A stretch of DNA of 64,000 nucleotides from Rhodocyclaceae bacterium (GTDB lineage Bacteria > Pseudomonadota > Gammaproteobacteria > Burkholderiales > Rhodocyclaceae), in NCBI GenBank assembly GCA_028714035.1, contig JAQTNA010000017.1:6750-70749 (forward strand), read 5' to 3'. Made by a program: the position numbers and the translations under genes. Positions 9,785-20,560 of this stretch are shown here, one piece after another (the first letter of the stretch is position 1; each line of letters opens with the position of its first letter). Below the pieces are notes generated by a model, which worked only from the letters and a program-made list of their open reading frames with translations, was not told the origin of the DNA and ran no database searches.

Positions 9785-9922
9785 TGATTCACCGCAGAGG
9801 CGCAGAGACGCTGAGAAAACCGGAACTTGCCAAGTATTTTAGGCCCACCCGATGGGTGAAACGAGAAAACCGCTGTAATTCATTGTGTTTCCTCTGCGCC
9901 TCCGCGTCTCTGCGGTTCAAAT
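9785..9922. repeat. MITE-like interspersed element, copy 2
   Basis: Termini TTCACCGCAGAGGCGCAGAGACGCTGAGAAAA and TTTCCTCTGCGCCTCCGCGTCTCTGCGGTTCAAA. Its internal segment is related to copy 3 (CCCACCCGATGGGTGAAACGAGAAAACCG versus CCTCACCAAATGGATGAAATGGAAACCGG). Confidence 0.8.
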
Positions 9923-9948
9923 TGAGGTTTCCAGGATGGTTATAGGGC

Positions 9949-12255
9949 TTATTCGCCTTCGCTGGCCGGGGCGTAGGCCGAGTCGGGCTTGTCCAGGGGC
10001 GGGGGCGGCAGACTCTCCTGGTAGATCATTTCGCTGCCGGACGAGCCTCCCTCGCCGGCGGGCTTGATCGGGATCAGGCCGGGAGGCACGGGCAGCATCG
10101 CTTCAGGGACATTTGCCAGGGCTTTCTCCATGTAGCTGATCCACATGGGCAGGGCGGCGGCGCCACCGGTCTCGCCGTTGCCCAGGCGCCGGGGCTGATC
10201 GAAGCCGATCCAGGCCACGCCCACCAGGGTGGGCTGGTAGCCGCAGAACCAGGCGTCCACGTAGTCGTTGGTGGTGCCGGTCTTGCCCGCCAGGTCGTTG
10301 CGCTTCAAGGCCACGTGGGCCTTGGCGGCCGTGCCCCGGAGCACCACGTCCCGCATCATGCTGTCCATCAGGTAGTCATTGCGCGGGTCTATGGCGCGGA
10401 TGCTCTCGTCGCCGGCCAGCCTGGGCTGGGCCTGGGCCAGGAGGGTGCCCTTCGCGTCCTCGATGCGCTTCACGATGTAGGGCTGGATGCGATAGCCGCC
10501 GTTGGCGAACACGGAGTAGGCCGTGAGCTGCTGCCAGGGCGTGACGGAGCCGGCGCCCAGGGCCATGGTCAGGTAGGGCGGGTGCTTGTCCGCATCGAAG
10601 CCGAAATGGGTGATGTAATCCTGGGCGTAGGCGGCGCCGATGGCGCGCAGGAGGCGGATGGACACCATGTTCTTGGACTTGGTGAGCGCCGTGCGCAGGG
10701 TCATGGCGCCTTCGTACTTGCCGTCATAGTTGTGCGGCGTCCAGGCCTGGCTGCCGGTTTCCCCGGAGGAGATGGTGATGGGGGCATCTTCCATGACGCT
10801 GGCCGGGGAATAGCCCTTCTCCAGGGCGGCCGAATAGATGAAGGGCTTGAAGCTGGAGCCGGGCTGGCGCCAGGCCTGGCTCGCGTGATTGAACTTGTTG
10901 CGGTTGAAATCGAAGCCGCCCACCAGGGCGCGAATGGCGCCATCCGCCGGGTTGGCGGACAGGAAGGCCGCTTCCACATCCGGCAGTTGGGCGATCTGCC
11001 AGACCGGCTTGCCGTCCCGACCTTCCTTCCTGACGCGCACGATGGCGCCACGCCGCAGCCGCTTGTTGGCGGGCGCCTTGTCGCTCAGCATGGGCAGGGC
11101 AAATTTCAGGCCCTCGCCGGACAGGGTGATGACCTCGCCGCCCAGGCGGTAAACGCGCAGGGACTTGCTGTCGGCAGAGAGCACCACGGCTGGGTTGAGG
11201 TCGCCCACGTCGGACACGTCCTGCAAGGCTTCGTCCAGACCCTCGTCCTGGTCGGATTTGATCTCCGACATGTCCACGTAGGCTTCCGCGCCCCGGTAGC
11301 CGTGGCGCCGGTCGTAGTCCAGCACCCCCTGGCGCAGGGCGGCATAAGCCGCCTCCTGGTCCGTGCGGGTGATGGTGGTGATGACCCGCAGGCCGCGGTT
11401 GTAGGCATCCTCGTGGAACTGCTCGATGGCGATCTGGCGCGCCATCTCGGCGACGTAATCGGCATGCACGGAGAATTCGTTCGGGTCGCGCTTGACGTGC
11501 AGGCTCTCCTTTTCGGCCTCGGCGTATTGCCGCGCATCCAGGAATCCGAGATCGTTCATGCGGCGCAGCACGTAGAGTTGCCGCACCCGGGCACGCCTCG
11601 GGTTGGCCACCGGGTTGTAGCTGGAGGGCGCCTTGGGCAGCCCGGCGAGCATGGCGGCCTCCGCCGGCGTCAGGTCCTTCAGGCTCTTGCCGAAATAGAT
11701 CTGGGCGGCCGAGGCGAAGCCGTAGGATCGTTGCCCCAGGTAGATCTGGTTGATGTACAGCTCCAGGATCTGGTCCTTGCTGAGATTGTGTTCGATCTTG
11801 AAGGAAAGAAGAACTTCCAGCACCTTGCGGTTCAGGGTCTTCTCGCTGGACAGGAAGAAGTTGCGCGCCACCTGCATGGTGATGGTGCTGGCGCCCTGGC
11901 GCTTGCCGCCGCTCACCAGGTTGGCCAGGGCCGCGCGCAGCACGCCCAGGGTGTCCACGCCGCCATGCTGGTAGAAGCGTTCGTCTTCGGCGGCGAGGAT
12001 GGCGTTCTTCATCACCGCCGGCACGTCCTTGATCGGTACGAAGGTGCGCCGCTCCTCGCCGAACTCGCCGATCTGGAATCCGTCCGCGGTGAACACCCGC
12101 AGAGGCTGCTTGGGCCGGTAATCGGTCAGCGCATCGAGCGAGGGCAACTTGGGATAGGCAAAGAGCGCTACCATTCCGGCGAAGGCGGCGGCCAGGAAGC
12201 CAATGCCGGCAAATCCGAGTGCGAGATGGAACAGCCAGCGGCGGGAAGGATTCAC
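9949..12255 (-). CDS. mrcA: penicillin-binding protein 1A (bifunctional glycosyltransferase/transpeptidase)
   Basis: GT51 motif ILAAEDERFYQHGGVD and transpeptidase motifs RQPGSSFKP (SxxK), SKN and KTGTTND. The longest ORF reaches 12390. GTG 12255 (VNPSRRWLFHLALGF...) is preferred because it sits just before the TM helix with a GAAGG RBS. The start remains uncertain. Confidence 0.9.
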   Translation of the reverse strand: MNPSRRWLFHLALGFAGIGFLAAAFAGMVALFAYPKLPSLDALTDYRPKQPLRVFTADGFQIGEFGEERRTFVPIKDVPAVMKNAILAAEDERFYQHGGVDTLGVLRAALANLVSGGKRQGASTITMQVARNFFLSSEKTLNRKVLEVLLSFKIEHNLSKDQILELYINQIYLGQRSYGFASAAQIYFGKSLKDLTPAEAAMLAGLPKAPSSYNPVANPRRARVRQLYVLRRMNDLGFLDARQYAEAEKESLHVKRDPNEFSVHADYVAEMARQIAIEQFHEDAYNRGLRVITTITRTDQEAAYAALRQGVLDYDRRHGYRGAEAYVDMSEIKSDQDEGLDEALQDVSDVGDLNPAVVLSADSKSLRVYRLGGEVITLSGEGLKFALPMLSDKAPANKRLRRGAIVRVRKEGRDGKPVWQIAQLPDVEAAFLSANPADGAIRALVGGFDFNRNKFNHASQAWRQPGSSFKPFIYSAALEKGYSPASVMEDAPITISSGETGSQAWTPHNYDGKYEGAMTLRTALTKSKNMVSIRLLRAIGAAYAQDYITHFGFDADKHPPYLTMALGAGSVTPWQQLTAYSVFANGGYRIQPYIVKRIEDAKGTLLAQAQPRLAGDESIRAIDPRNDYLMDSMMRDVVLRGTAAKAHVALKRNDLAGKTGTTNDYVDAWFCGYQPTLVGVAWIGFDQPRRLGNGETGGAAALPMWISYMEKALANVPEAMLPVPPGLIPIKPAGEGGSSGSEMIYQESLPPPPLDKPDSAYAPASEGE

Positions 12256-12483
12256 GGACGGTGCCTTCAGGGGGAAACGGTGCGGAATTATAGCAGGCCG
12301 GAACGGTCTGACCCGCTGCCCGGCGAGGGCGAATCCGGCGGGCGGGCGGGGTGAAAGGGCGCGATAGCCAGAAAGGCCTGGAAACCCCAAATTTCTTTAC
12401 AGACATGCTATGTTATTGATAGTATTTCATCCAAATTTGCTAGTCTGTGCTCTAACTCCGGGTTAACAATAAGGATTTCTTCC

Positions 12484-13563
12484 TTGCAACTCGATCTCTC
12501 CATTTTCAACCCGAAAGCGCGTCCTCTCCTGGGGCTCGACATTTCCACCTCGTCGGTGAAGATGGTGGAGTTGTCGGATGCCGGCAAGGATGGCTACCGG
12601 GTGGAGCGCTTCTCGACCGAGACGCTGCCGAGAGACGCGGTGGTGGAAGGCAATATCGCCAAGCTGGAGGCGGTGGCCGAGGCGGTCAAGAAGGCCTGGA
12701 AGCGCCTGGGCACGACCACCCGTTTCGTCGCCATGGCCCTGCCCGCCTCCAACGTCATCACCAAGAAGATCGTCGTGGCGGCCGGCCAGAGGGAATCCGA
12801 TCTGGAAGCCCTGGTGGAGTCAGAGGCGACCCAGTACATTCCCTTCTCCCTGGACGAGGTTAACCTGGATTTTCAGGTGATCGGTCCCGCGCCCAACAAC
12901 GTCAATGATGTGGAAGTGCTGATCGCCGCCTCGCGCAAGGAGAAGGTGGAAGACCGTATCGCCGTGGCGGAGGCGGCCGGCCTCGAACCCCTGGTGATGG
13001 ACGTGGAGTCCTACGCGGCCCAGGCCGCGTTCGAACTGGTGGAGCGGCGCCTGCCGGAAGGCGGCAAGGACCAGGTGATCGCCCTCTTTGACATCGGCGC
13101 GAACCTGACCAACCTGACCATCTTCCGGAACGATCAGCCGCTTTATTCCCGTGACCAGCCCTTCGGCGGCTACCAGCTGACCCAGGAGATCATGCGCCAT
13201 TACGGCATGAGCCCCGACGATGCGGAATCGGCCAAGCGCGAAAACAAGCTGCCCGAGAACTACGAGAACGACCTTCTGCGGCCGTTCATGGATACCCTGG
13301 CCCTGGAGTGCTCCCGGGCCCTGCAATTCTTCTTTACCTCGACGGCCTACAGCCAGGTGGACCATATCGTCCTGTCCGGGGGGGCGGCGACCATCCCCGG
13401 CCTGGATGAAGTGGTGGCGGCGCGCACGCTGGTCAGCACACGCATCGCCAATCCCTTCGTGGATATGCTGCTGTCCCAGCGCGTCAAGCCCCATACCCTG
13501 GCGGCTGCCGCGCCTTCCCTCATGGTCGCTTGCGGCCTGGCCCTGCGGAGATTCGACAAGTGA
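12484..13563 (+). CDS. pilM: type IV pilus assembly protein PilM
   Basis: 359 aa. Actin-like ATPase N-terminus LLGLDISTSSVKMVEL. TTG start with an AAGGA RBS. It is the first gene of a pilMNOPQ cluster divergent from mrcA, which is the conserved arrangement. Confidence 0.93.
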   Translation: MQLDLSIFNPKARPLLGLDISTSSVKMVELSDAGKDGYRVERFSTETLPRDAVVEGNIAKLEAVAEAVKKAWKRLGTTTRFVAMALPASNVITKKIVVAAGQRESDLEALVESEATQYIPFSLDEVNLDFQVIGPAPNNVNDVEVLIAASRKEKVEDRIAVAEAAGLEPLVMDVESYAAQAAFELVERRLPEGGKDQVIALFDIGANLTNLTIFRNDQPLYSRDQPFGGYQLTQEIMRHYGMSPDDAESAKRENKLPENYENDLLRPFMDTLALECSRALQFFFTSTAYSQVDHIVLSGGAATIPGLDEVVAARTLVSTRIANPFVDMLLSQRVKPHTLAAAAPSLMVACGLALRRFDK

Positions 13564-14147
13564 TCGGCATCAACCTGCTGCCGCACCGGGAAGAGAAACG
13601 CCGGGCCCGGCGCCAGCAGTTCTACGCCCTGTCCGGCCTCGTGGTGGTCATTTCGGCGCTGATTGTCTTCATGGTGCACGGCGTGAATGCCACGCGCATC
13701 GGCGCCCAGGAAGAGAAGAACGCTTTCTTGAAGCGCGAGATTGCCACGCTCGACAAGGAAATCAACGAGATCAAGCGCCTCCGGGACCAGACCGGCGCGC
13801 TCCTGGCGCGCAAGCAGGTGATCGAGAACCTGCAATCCAACCGCGCCGAGGCGGTCACCCTGCTGAACGACCTGGCGCGCCTGACGCCTGAAGGGGTGTA
13901 CCTCAGGTCGGTCAAGCAGTCCGGTCAGAACGTGGGGCTGGCCGGCGTGGCGCAGTCCAGCGCTCGGGTCTCCAATCTCATGCACAACCTGGAAACCTCG
14001 CGGATTCTGGATACGCCCACCCTGGTCGAGATCAGGGCGACCATGGTAGACAAGCGCCGCCTGGCCCAGTTCAGCATGAATGTGCATGTGCGCCGTTCCG
14101 ATCAGGGCGGTGCCAAGCCCGCGGGCGGGAAGGGGGGCAAGCCGTGA
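13560..14147 (+). CDS. pilN: type IV pilus assembly protein PilN
   Basis: The GTG start overlaps the pilM stop. The hallmark N-terminus is VIGINLLPHREEKRRARRQQ, followed by a TM helix. Confidence 0.9.
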   Translation: MIGINLLPHREEKRRARRQQFYALSGLVVVISALIVFMVHGVNATRIGAQEEKNAFLKREIATLDKEINEIKRLRDQTGALLARKQVIENLQSNRAEAVTLLNDLARLTPEGVYLRSVKQSGQNVGLAGVAQSSARVSNLMHNLETSRILDTPTLVEIRATMVDKRRLAQFSMNVHVRRSDQGGAKPAGGKGGKP

Positions 14148-14866
14148 AGCTCAATGTCCCGAAGTTTTCCGGCCTGAGCCTTTCCGGCAAGGGGCATGGC
14201 TTGAACCGTGCGGCCCTGTCCGAGTTGCCGAAAATGGACTTCGCCGCCATCGTCGACGAATTCCGCTACCTGGATTCCCGCGATATCGGCAACTGGCCGC
14301 GTTATCCGCGTATCGCCGCGCTGCTCGCGCTGTTGCTGGCCCTGCTGTTGGCCGGTTGGTGGTTTGACTGGAGTACGCAACTCGAGGAGCTGGGCTCGAA
14401 GCAGAAGCAGGAAATATCGCTCAAGGAAGAGTTCCTCAACAAGAAAAAGCAGTCGGTCAATCTCGAGGAATACCGGAAGCAGCTCGCCGAGATAGACCGA
14501 TCCTTCGGTTCCCTGCTCAAGCAGTTGCCGAACAAGGAGGGCATGGAGTCCCTCCTGATTGACATCAACCAGGCCGGACTCGGCCGTGGGCTGCAATTCG
14601 AACTGTTCAAGCCCGGCAATGAAACCATCAAGGACTTCTACGCCGAGCTGCCGATCCAGTTGCGCGTGACGGGCTCCTATCATGACCTGGGGCAGTTCGC
14701 GGGGGATGTGGCCAAACTGTCCCGTATCGTTACCCTGAGCGAGCTGTCTCTGAGTGCCGGCCAGGGGGGCGTTCTCAACCTGGATGCCGTTGCCACCACC
14801 TACCGATATCTGGATTCGGAGGAAATGGCCAGGATCAAGGCCGCCAAGGGCAAGGGAGGCAAGTGA
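14144..14866 (+). CDS. pilO: type IV pilus assembly protein PilO
   Basis: 240 aa. It overlaps the pilN stop. TM helix IAALLALLLALLLAGWWF followed by a coiled-coil region. Position between pilN and pilP supports the call. Confidence 0.88.
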   Translation: MKLNVPKFSGLSLSGKGHGLNRAALSELPKMDFAAIVDEFRYLDSRDIGNWPRYPRIAALLALLLALLLAGWWFDWSTQLEELGSKQKQEISLKEEFLNKKKQSVNLEEYRKQLAEIDRSFGSLLKQLPNKEGMESLLIDINQAGLGRGLQFELFKPGNETIKDFYAELPIQLRVTGSYHDLGQFAGDVAKLSRIVTLSELSLSAGQGGVLNLDAVATTYRYLDSEEMARIKAAKGKGGK

Positions 14867-15414
14867 TGGGCGCGTCGAAACGGTTTGCTCGGCCCGGCCT
14901 GTCCTCCTCGTTCCTGGGCTTGCTGCTGATTCTTGCCCTCGGAGCGTGCAGCAGCGGCGATAATCAGGATCTGAAGGACTGGATGCGCGAGGCCACCAAG
15001 GGCATGAAGGGCAAGGTACCGCCGCTGCCGGAAGTGCGATCCGGCCCTTCGGCGGATTACGAGGCCGGGAACCTGCTTGACCCCTTCAGCGCGACGAAGA
15101 TCGAACCGGAAAAGAAGACCCGTGGCGGGGGACTTCAGCCAGACATGAACCGGCGACGGGAACCCCTGGAGAGTTTCCCCCTGGAATCGCTGAAAATGGT
15201 GGGCACCCTGAGCCAGAAGAACACCACCTATGCCCTGATTCAGGCCGACAAGTCGCTCTACCAGGTGCGCGTCGGCAACTACATGGGCCAGAGTTTCGGT
15301 GTCATCACGCGTATTACGGATAGCGAGATCACCCTGAAGGAACTGGTGGAAGATGCGACGGGGGACTGGACCGATCGGATCAGCACGCTGCAATTGCAGG
15401 AGACGGGAAAATGA
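14863..15414 (+). CDS. pilP: type IV pilus assembly lipoprotein PilP
   Basis: 183 aa. Lipobox LILALGAC. The C-terminal beta-domain motif YALIQADKSLYQVRVGNYMGQSFGVITRI is PilP-like. Confidence 0.88.
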   Translation: MMGASKRFARPGLSSSFLGLLLILALGACSSGDNQDLKDWMREATKGMKGKVPPLPEVRSGPSADYEAGNLLDPFSATKIEPEKKTRGGGLQPDMNRRREPLESFPLESLKMVGTLSQKNTTYALIQADKSLYQVRVGNYMGQSFGVITRITDSEITLKELVEDATGDWTDRISTLQLQETGK

Positions 15415-17660
15415 GCAAGATCGTAATGTTGTGGCGGGCCTTGGCGGTCATGGCGTGCCTGTTCCTGTCGCCGTGGGCGGAGGCGCAGGGAAGCGCCGCT
15501 CCGGCCAACGCCATTCAGACCTTGCAGGCCACCCGCCTGGGAGGAAACATCGTCGTCAAACTCGGATTGAGGCAGGCGCTGCAAAAGCTGCCGGCGGCCT
15601 TCAGCGTCGCCAACCCGGCGCGCATTGCCCTCGATCTGCCCGGGACCGAAAATGGCCTGGGAAAGAATAGCGAGAACGTGAACGAGGGAGATCTGAAGAG
15701 CGTCAACATCGTCCAGGTGGCGGATCGCACCCGTGTCGTACTGAACCTGATGAAAATGGCCTCCTTCGATACGCGCCTGGAGGGTAATGCCGTGGTCGTC
15801 ACCATCACGCCGCAACTGGGCCAGGGCGTCGGGACGGCTCCGGCCGCATCCCGGTTTGCCGAGTCGCGCCCGAGCGAGGTGAAGCACGGCCTGCGTGCCG
15901 TCAACTTCCGCCGCGGCAAGGAAGGCGAGGGCAGGATCATCGTGGATCTGTCCGATAGCGACACCGGAATTGACATCCGCCAGCAGGGGCAGAGCCTGGT
16001 GGTGGATTTCCTCAAGTCCAGCCTGCCGGCCAAACTGGCCAAGACCCTGGATGTCACGGATTTCGCGACACCGGTCACCAGCATCGTGACCACGACCGAG
16101 GGCGACAGCGTGCGCATGGTCGTGACCCCGAAGGGCCTTTGGGAACACAACGCCTATCAGAGCGACAATCAGTTCGTGCTGGAGGTGAAGCAGATAGTGG
16201 AAAGCGCGAACAAGCTGGTGCAGGGTAGTCGTCCCGGCTATCAGGGCGAGAAGCTTTCCCTCAACTTCCAGAACGTGGACGTGCGTTCGGTGCTTCAGGT
16301 CATCGCCGATTTCACCAACTTCAACATCATCACCAGCGACACGGTGGGCGGCAACCTGACGCTGCGCCTGAAGGACGTGCCCTGGGATCAGGCGCTGGAC
16401 ATCATCCTTCAGGCCAAGGGCCTGGACATGCGCAAGAACGGCAACGTCATCTGGATCGCGCCGCGGGACGAACTGGCGGCGAAGGAGAAGCTGGAGCTGG
16501 AGTCCAAGCAGCAGATCTCCGACCTGGAAGTGACCCGGACCGAGGGCTTCCAGCTCAACTACCAGAAGGCCGACGCGGTGCAGAAGCTTCTCGCCGACAA
16601 GAACCAGTCCATCCTGTCCAAGCGCGGCAGCGCCGTGGTGGATGCCCGCACCAACAAGCTCTTCGTCAATGACACGCCGACCCGCTTGGAGGAGGTGCGC
16701 AAGTTCATCGCGGAAATTGACATCGCGACGCGCCAGGTTCTGATCGAGGCGCGCATCGTCGAGGCCCAGGATACCTTCGCCCGCACCCTGGGCGCCAAGC
16801 TCGGTTTCGGCGGCGTCTACGGTAGCGGCAGCGTCAAGACGACTCCGACCTCCAGCAACTCCAGCAGTACCACCAGCACCACCACCGGGGGCGTGACCAC
16901 GGTCACCGGTACGTCCTCCTCCAGCGCCGGCACGACCACCGGGTACAACGCGGCGACGGCCAACGGCCTGTTCCCCCAATACGCCGCGGGCTCCAGCCTG
17001 AACGCCACCGGCTACACTTCCGGGCAGTTGTCCACCCAGCCCACTCTGGACCAGTTGCTCAACGTGAATCTCGGTGCCGGTTCCATCAACGGCATGCAGG
17101 CCGGCTCCCTCGCCCTGAGCCTCTATAGCGCCGGGCTTTCCCGCTTCATTGACCTGGAACTGTCCGCCCTGGAGGCCGACGGCAAGGGCAAGGTGGTCTC
17201 CAGCCCGCGCATTATGACCGCCAACCAGGTGGAAGCCATCATCGAGCAGGGAACCGAACTGCCCTACAGCCAGAGCACCAGTTCCGGTGCCACCGCGGTG
17301 TCCTTCCGCAAGGCGAACCTGTCCCTGAAAGTGAAGCCGCAGATCACGCCCGACGGCAGCATCATGATGCAGCTGGACGTGAACAAGGACACCCCGGATC
17401 CCTCCATCTCCAACACCGTGGGCATCGCCATCAGCACCAAGCATGTGAAGACCGAAATCCAGGTGGAGAACGGCGGCACCGTGGTCATCGGTGGCATCTA
17501 CACCCAGAATGACTCGACCACGGTCACCAAGGTGCCGTTCCTGGGGGATGTGCCGCTGCTGGGCAATCTGTTCAAGAACACCTACCGGAACAACCAGAAG
17601 ACGGAGCTCCTGGTGTTCATCACGCCGAAGATCGTCAGCAATGCCCTGACGCTTCAGTGA
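15411..17660 (+). CDS. pilQ: type IV pilus secretin PilQ
   Basis: 749 aa. Signal peptide, then AMIN-type N-terminal repeats. Secretin C-terminus: VPFLGDVPLLGNLFKNTYRNNQKTELLVFITPKIV. Confidence 0.95.
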   Translation: MSKIVMLWRALAVMACLFLSPWAEAQGSAAPANAIQTLQATRLGGNIVVKLGLRQALQKLPAAFSVANPARIALDLPGTENGLGKNSENVNEGDLKSVNIVQVADRTRVVLNLMKMASFDTRLEGNAVVVTITPQLGQGVGTAPAASRFAESRPSEVKHGLRAVNFRRGKEGEGRIIVDLSDSDTGIDIRQQGQSLVVDFLKSSLPAKLAKTLDVTDFATPVTSIVTTTEGDSVRMVVTPKGLWEHNAYQSDNQFVLEVKQIVESANKLVQGSRPGYQGEKLSLNFQNVDVRSVLQVIADFTNFNIITSDTVGGNLTLRLKDVPWDQALDIILQAKGLDMRKNGNVIWIAPRDELAAKEKLELESKQQISDLEVTRTEGFQLNYQKADAVQKLLADKNQSILSKRGSAVVDARTNKLFVNDTPTRLEEVRKFIAEIDIATRQVLIEARIVEAQDTFARTLGAKLGFGGVYGSGSVKTTPTSSNSSSTTSTTTGGVTTVTGTSSSSAGTTTGYNAATANGLFPQYAAGSSLNATGYTSGQLSTQPTLDQLLNVNLGAGSINGMQAGSLALSLYSAGLSRFIDLELSALEADGKGKVVSSPRIMTANQVEAIIEQGTELPYSQSTSSGATAVSFRKANLSLKVKPQITPDGSIMMQLDVNKDTPDPSISNTVGIAISTKHVKTEIQVENGGTVVIGGIYTQNDSTTVTKVPFLGDVPLLGNLFKNTYRNNQKTELLVFITPKIVSNALTLQ

Positions 17661-17753
17661 TCAGTTGCCTGTTGTCAGTTGTCAGACCAGTTTCCGCGCG
17701 CTTTGCGCGCGCATGAACTGCTGACAACTGATACCTGATAACTGACAACTGAT
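17660..17753. repeat. intercistronic hairpin element B
   Basis: Apex GCGCGC-TTT-GCGCGC (17696-17710). The left arm ATCAGTTGCCTGTTGTCAGTTGTCAG is complementary to the right arm CTGACAACTGATACCTGATAACTGACAACTGAT. It starts at the pilQ stop and ends 12 nt before the aroK start. Confidence 0.75.
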
Positions 17754-17764
17754 AAAATCTCGCC

Positions 17765-18307
17765 GTGAAATCCTGTGACAACATATTCCTGGTCGGCATG
17801 ATGGGGGCCGGCAAGACCACGGTTGGCCGGCAATTGGCCCGGCGCCTGAGGCTGCGCTTCGTGGACAGCGACCATGAGATCGAGGCCCGATGCGGGGTCA
17901 AGATTCCCGTCATATTCGAGATCGAGGGTGAAGACGGATTTCGCAGGCGGGAAAGCCAGGTTCTGGGGGAATTGGCCGAGGAACCGGGCCTGGTGATCGC
18001 CACGGGGGGCGGCGCCGTGCTGCGCGCCGAGAATCGTGCCTGCCTGGCGACCCATGGCACGGTCATCTACCTGGCCGTGCCGCCCCAATATCTCTGGGAA
18101 CGTACCCGCCACGACGTCAACCGACCGCTTCTACAGGTGGAAAACCCCAGAAAGCGGATAGAGGAACTCCACGCGGCAAGGGATCCGCTGTACCGGGAGG
18201 TGGCGGATATCGTCATCTCCGGCGGCCGGGTGAGCCAGGGTACGGTTCTCAAACTCATCGAAAAGGAATTGAAGGAACGATGCCAAGCTTTCGCAGCCTC
18301 GACGTAG
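17765..18307 (+). CDS. aroK: shikimate kinase
   Basis: 180 aa with a GTG start. P-loop [17 protein letters not shown]. It lies in the conserved pilQ-aroK-aroB order. Confidence 0.93.
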   Translation: MKSCDNIFLVGMMGAGKTTVGRQLARRLRLRFVDSDHEIEARCGVKIPVIFEIEGEDGFRRRESQVLGELAEEPGLVIATGGGAVLRAENRACLATHGTVIYLAVPPQYLWERTRHDVNRPLLQVENPRKRIEELHAARDPLYREVADIVISGGRVSQGTVLKLIEKELKERCQAFAAST

Positions 18308-19380
18308 AACTGGGCGAACGCAGCTACCCCATACACATCGGGCCGGCGCTGCTCTCCAGGGCCGACCTGATCCTGCCGCACCTCAAGACCCGGCGCATCG
18401 CCGTGGTCAGCAACGAGGTGGTGGCGCCCCTGTACCTGGAGCGCCTGGTCGGTCCGCTGAAGGCCGAGGGCGTGTCCGTGCTGGCCCAGGCCATCCTGCC
18501 GGACGGTGAGGTGTTCAAGGACTGGCAGACGCTCAACCTGATATTCGACGCCATGCTGGGCGCGCGCTGCGACCGCTCCACCACGGTCATTGCCCTGGGT
18601 GGTGGCGTCGTCGGCGACATGGCAGGCTTCGCGGCCGCCAGCTATCAGCGCGGCGTGCCCTTCATTCAGGTGCCCACCACGCTGCTCTCCCAGGTGGACT
18701 CTTCCGTGGGCGGCAAGACCGGGATCAATCATCCCCTGGGCAAGAACATGATCGGCGCCTTCTACCAGCCGCAACTGGTGCTGGCCGACACGGATACCCT
18801 GGTGACCCTGCCCGCCGAGGAGCTCTCCGCCGGGCTGGCCGAGGTCATCAAGTATGGCTTGATCAGGGATATCCCTTTCCTCGAATGGCTGGAGGCGAAC
18901 ATGGATTCCCTCCTGCGGCGGGACGGGGAGGCCCTGGCTCACGCCATCGAGGTGTCCTGCCGCAACAAGGCGGACATCGTGGCGGAGGACGAGACCGAGA
19001 GCGGTGTTCGTGCGCTCCTCAACCTGGGGCACACCTTCGGCCACGCCATAGAAACCGGCGCCGGCTACGGCAACTGGCTGCATGGCCATGCGGTGGCGGT
19101 GGGCACGGTGATGGCGGCGGATCTCTCCCGGCGCATGGGCTGGCTCCCGGAAGGCGACGTGGCGCGCGTCAGGACTCTGCTTTCCCGGGCCGGGCTGCCG
19201 ATCGAGGGGCCGGCGCTGGGCGTGGATCGCTATCTGGAACTGATGAGCCTGGACAAGAAGGTTTCCGCCGGCAAGCTGCGGCTGGTGCTGCTCAAGGCTC
19301 TGGGAGAAGCTTGCATCACGGGCGAGGCGCCCCCGGCGATGATTCGGGCCGCGATTGAGGCGTGTGGCGGTGGGAATTGA
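18280..19380 (+). CDS. aroB: 3-dehydroquinate synthase
   Basis: 366 aa. Motifs seen: [45 protein letters not shown] and [12 protein letters not shown]. Confidence 0.95.
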   Translation: MPSFRSLDVELGERSYPIHIGPALLSRADLILPHLKTRRIAVVSNEVVAPLYLERLVGPLKAEGVSVLAQAILPDGEVFKDWQTLNLIFDAMLGARCDRSTTVIALGGGVVGDMAGFAAASYQRGVPFIQVPTTLLSQVDSSVGGKTGINHPLGKNMIGAFYQPQLVLADTDTLVTLPAEELSAGLAEVIKYGLIRDIPFLEWLEANMDSLLRRDGEALAHAIEVSCRNKADIVAEDETESGVRALLNLGHTFGHAIETGAGYGNWLHGHAVAVGTVMAADLSRRMGWLPEGDVARVRTLLSRAGLPIEGPALGVDRYLELMSLDKKVSAGKLRLVLLKALGEACITGEAPPAMIRAAIEACGGGN

Positions 19381-20521
19381 CCTGAATCCCGGCCTTGCCC
19401 CTTACGCCGCCACCGATGCGGCTTCCCGTGGCCGGCGCCACCCCGAGCCACCGCCGGCGGAGCGGGGTGAGTTCCAGAGGGACAGGGATCGCATTGTCCA
19501 TTCCACGGCCTTCCGTCGGCTGGAATACAAGACCCAGGTCTTCGTCAACCACGAGGGTGACCTGTTTCGTACCCGTCTCACCCATAGCCTGGAGGTCGCC
19601 CAGCTCGCCCGGGGCATCGCCCGCTCCCTGCGCCTGAACGAAGACCTCACGGAAGCCATCGCCCTGGCCCACGACCTGGGCCACACGCCCTTTGGCCATG
19701 CCGGGCAGGATGCGCTGAATGCTTGCATGGCGGACTACGGCGGTTTCGAGCACAACCTGCAATCCCTGCGCACCGTGGATCTGCTGGAGGAACGTTACGC
19801 CGACTTTGACGGCCTGAATCTTGCCTTCGAAACGCGGGAGGGTATCCTCAAGCATTGTTCCCCCGCCAACGCCCGGACTCTGGGCGAGCTGGGCCTGCGC
19901 TTCCTGGAGAAGACTCAGCCCAGCCTGGAGGCCCAGATCTGCAATCTTGCGGACGAGATCGCCTACAACAACCACGATGTGGATGACGGCCTGCGTTCCG
20001 GACTCATCACCCTGGAACAACTGGAGGAGGTGCCACTCTTTGCGGGCCAGATTCGGGCGGCCCGGGAGGCCCACCCGGGACTCGCCGCGCGCCGTCTGAT
20101 TCACGAAACCGTGCGCCGCATGATCAACGTCCTGGCCCTGGACCTCATGGAGCAGAGCCGCAGCCATATCGCCCAGGCGGCACCCTCCTCACCGGACGAG
20201 GTGCGCGCATGTCCACCCCTGGTAGCCTTCAGCCCGGACATGTTCCAGAAGCAGCGGGCGCTGAAGACCTTCCTCCGGGAGAACCTCTATCAGCACTTCC
20301 GGGTCCGGCGCATGACCGCCAAGGCCAAACGCATCATCAGCGAATTGTTCCAGGCCTTCCTGGGCGACCCCAGGCTGCTGCCGCCCCAGTACCAGGAAAA
20401 GTGCCTTTCTGCCGGCGACGAGTTTGCCGCTGCGCGGGCCGTCAGCGACTACATCGCCGGCATGACCGACCGCTATGCCATGGCCGAGCACCGGCGCCTG
20501 TTTGCCGTGGGCGAGATCTGA
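19355..20521 (+). CDS. dGTPase-like deoxyguanosinetriphosphate triphosphohydrolase (HD domain)
   Basis: 388 aa. [24 protein letters not shown] and HD motif HSLEVAQL...[12 protein letters not shown]. The start codon is uncertain: TTG 19355, or GTG 19364/19370. Confidence 0.9.
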   Translation: MRRVAVGIDLNPGLAPYAATDAASRGRRHPEPPPAERGEFQRDRDRIVHSTAFRRLEYKTQVFVNHEGDLFRTRLTHSLEVAQLARGIARSLRLNEDLTEAIALAHDLGHTPFGHAGQDALNACMADYGGFEHNLQSLRTVDLLEERYADFDGLNLAFETREGILKHCSPANARTLGELGLRFLEKTQPSLEAQICNLADEIAYNNHDVDDGLRSGLITLEQLEEVPLFAGQIRAAREAHPGLAARRLIHETVRRMINVLALDLMEQSRSHIAQAAPSSPDEVRACPPLVAFSPDMFQKQRALKTFLRENLYQHFRVRRMTAKAKRIISELFQAFLGDPRLLPPQYQEKCLSAGDEFAAARAVSDYIAGMTDRYAMAEHRRLFAVGEI

Positions 20522-20560
20522 GGCTGTGACGAGAGGGCCTGCGGACGGCAGGTAGCTCGC

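Noticed and set aside
10315-12354. 679-aa plus-strand ORF
   Set aside because: It is antisense to mrcA (PBP1A), which has unambiguous catalytic motifs. Its composition is that of a shadow ORF.
15279-17444. 721-aa minus-strand ORF
   Set aside because: It is antisense to pilP and pilQ and no family was recognised. It is a shadow ORF.
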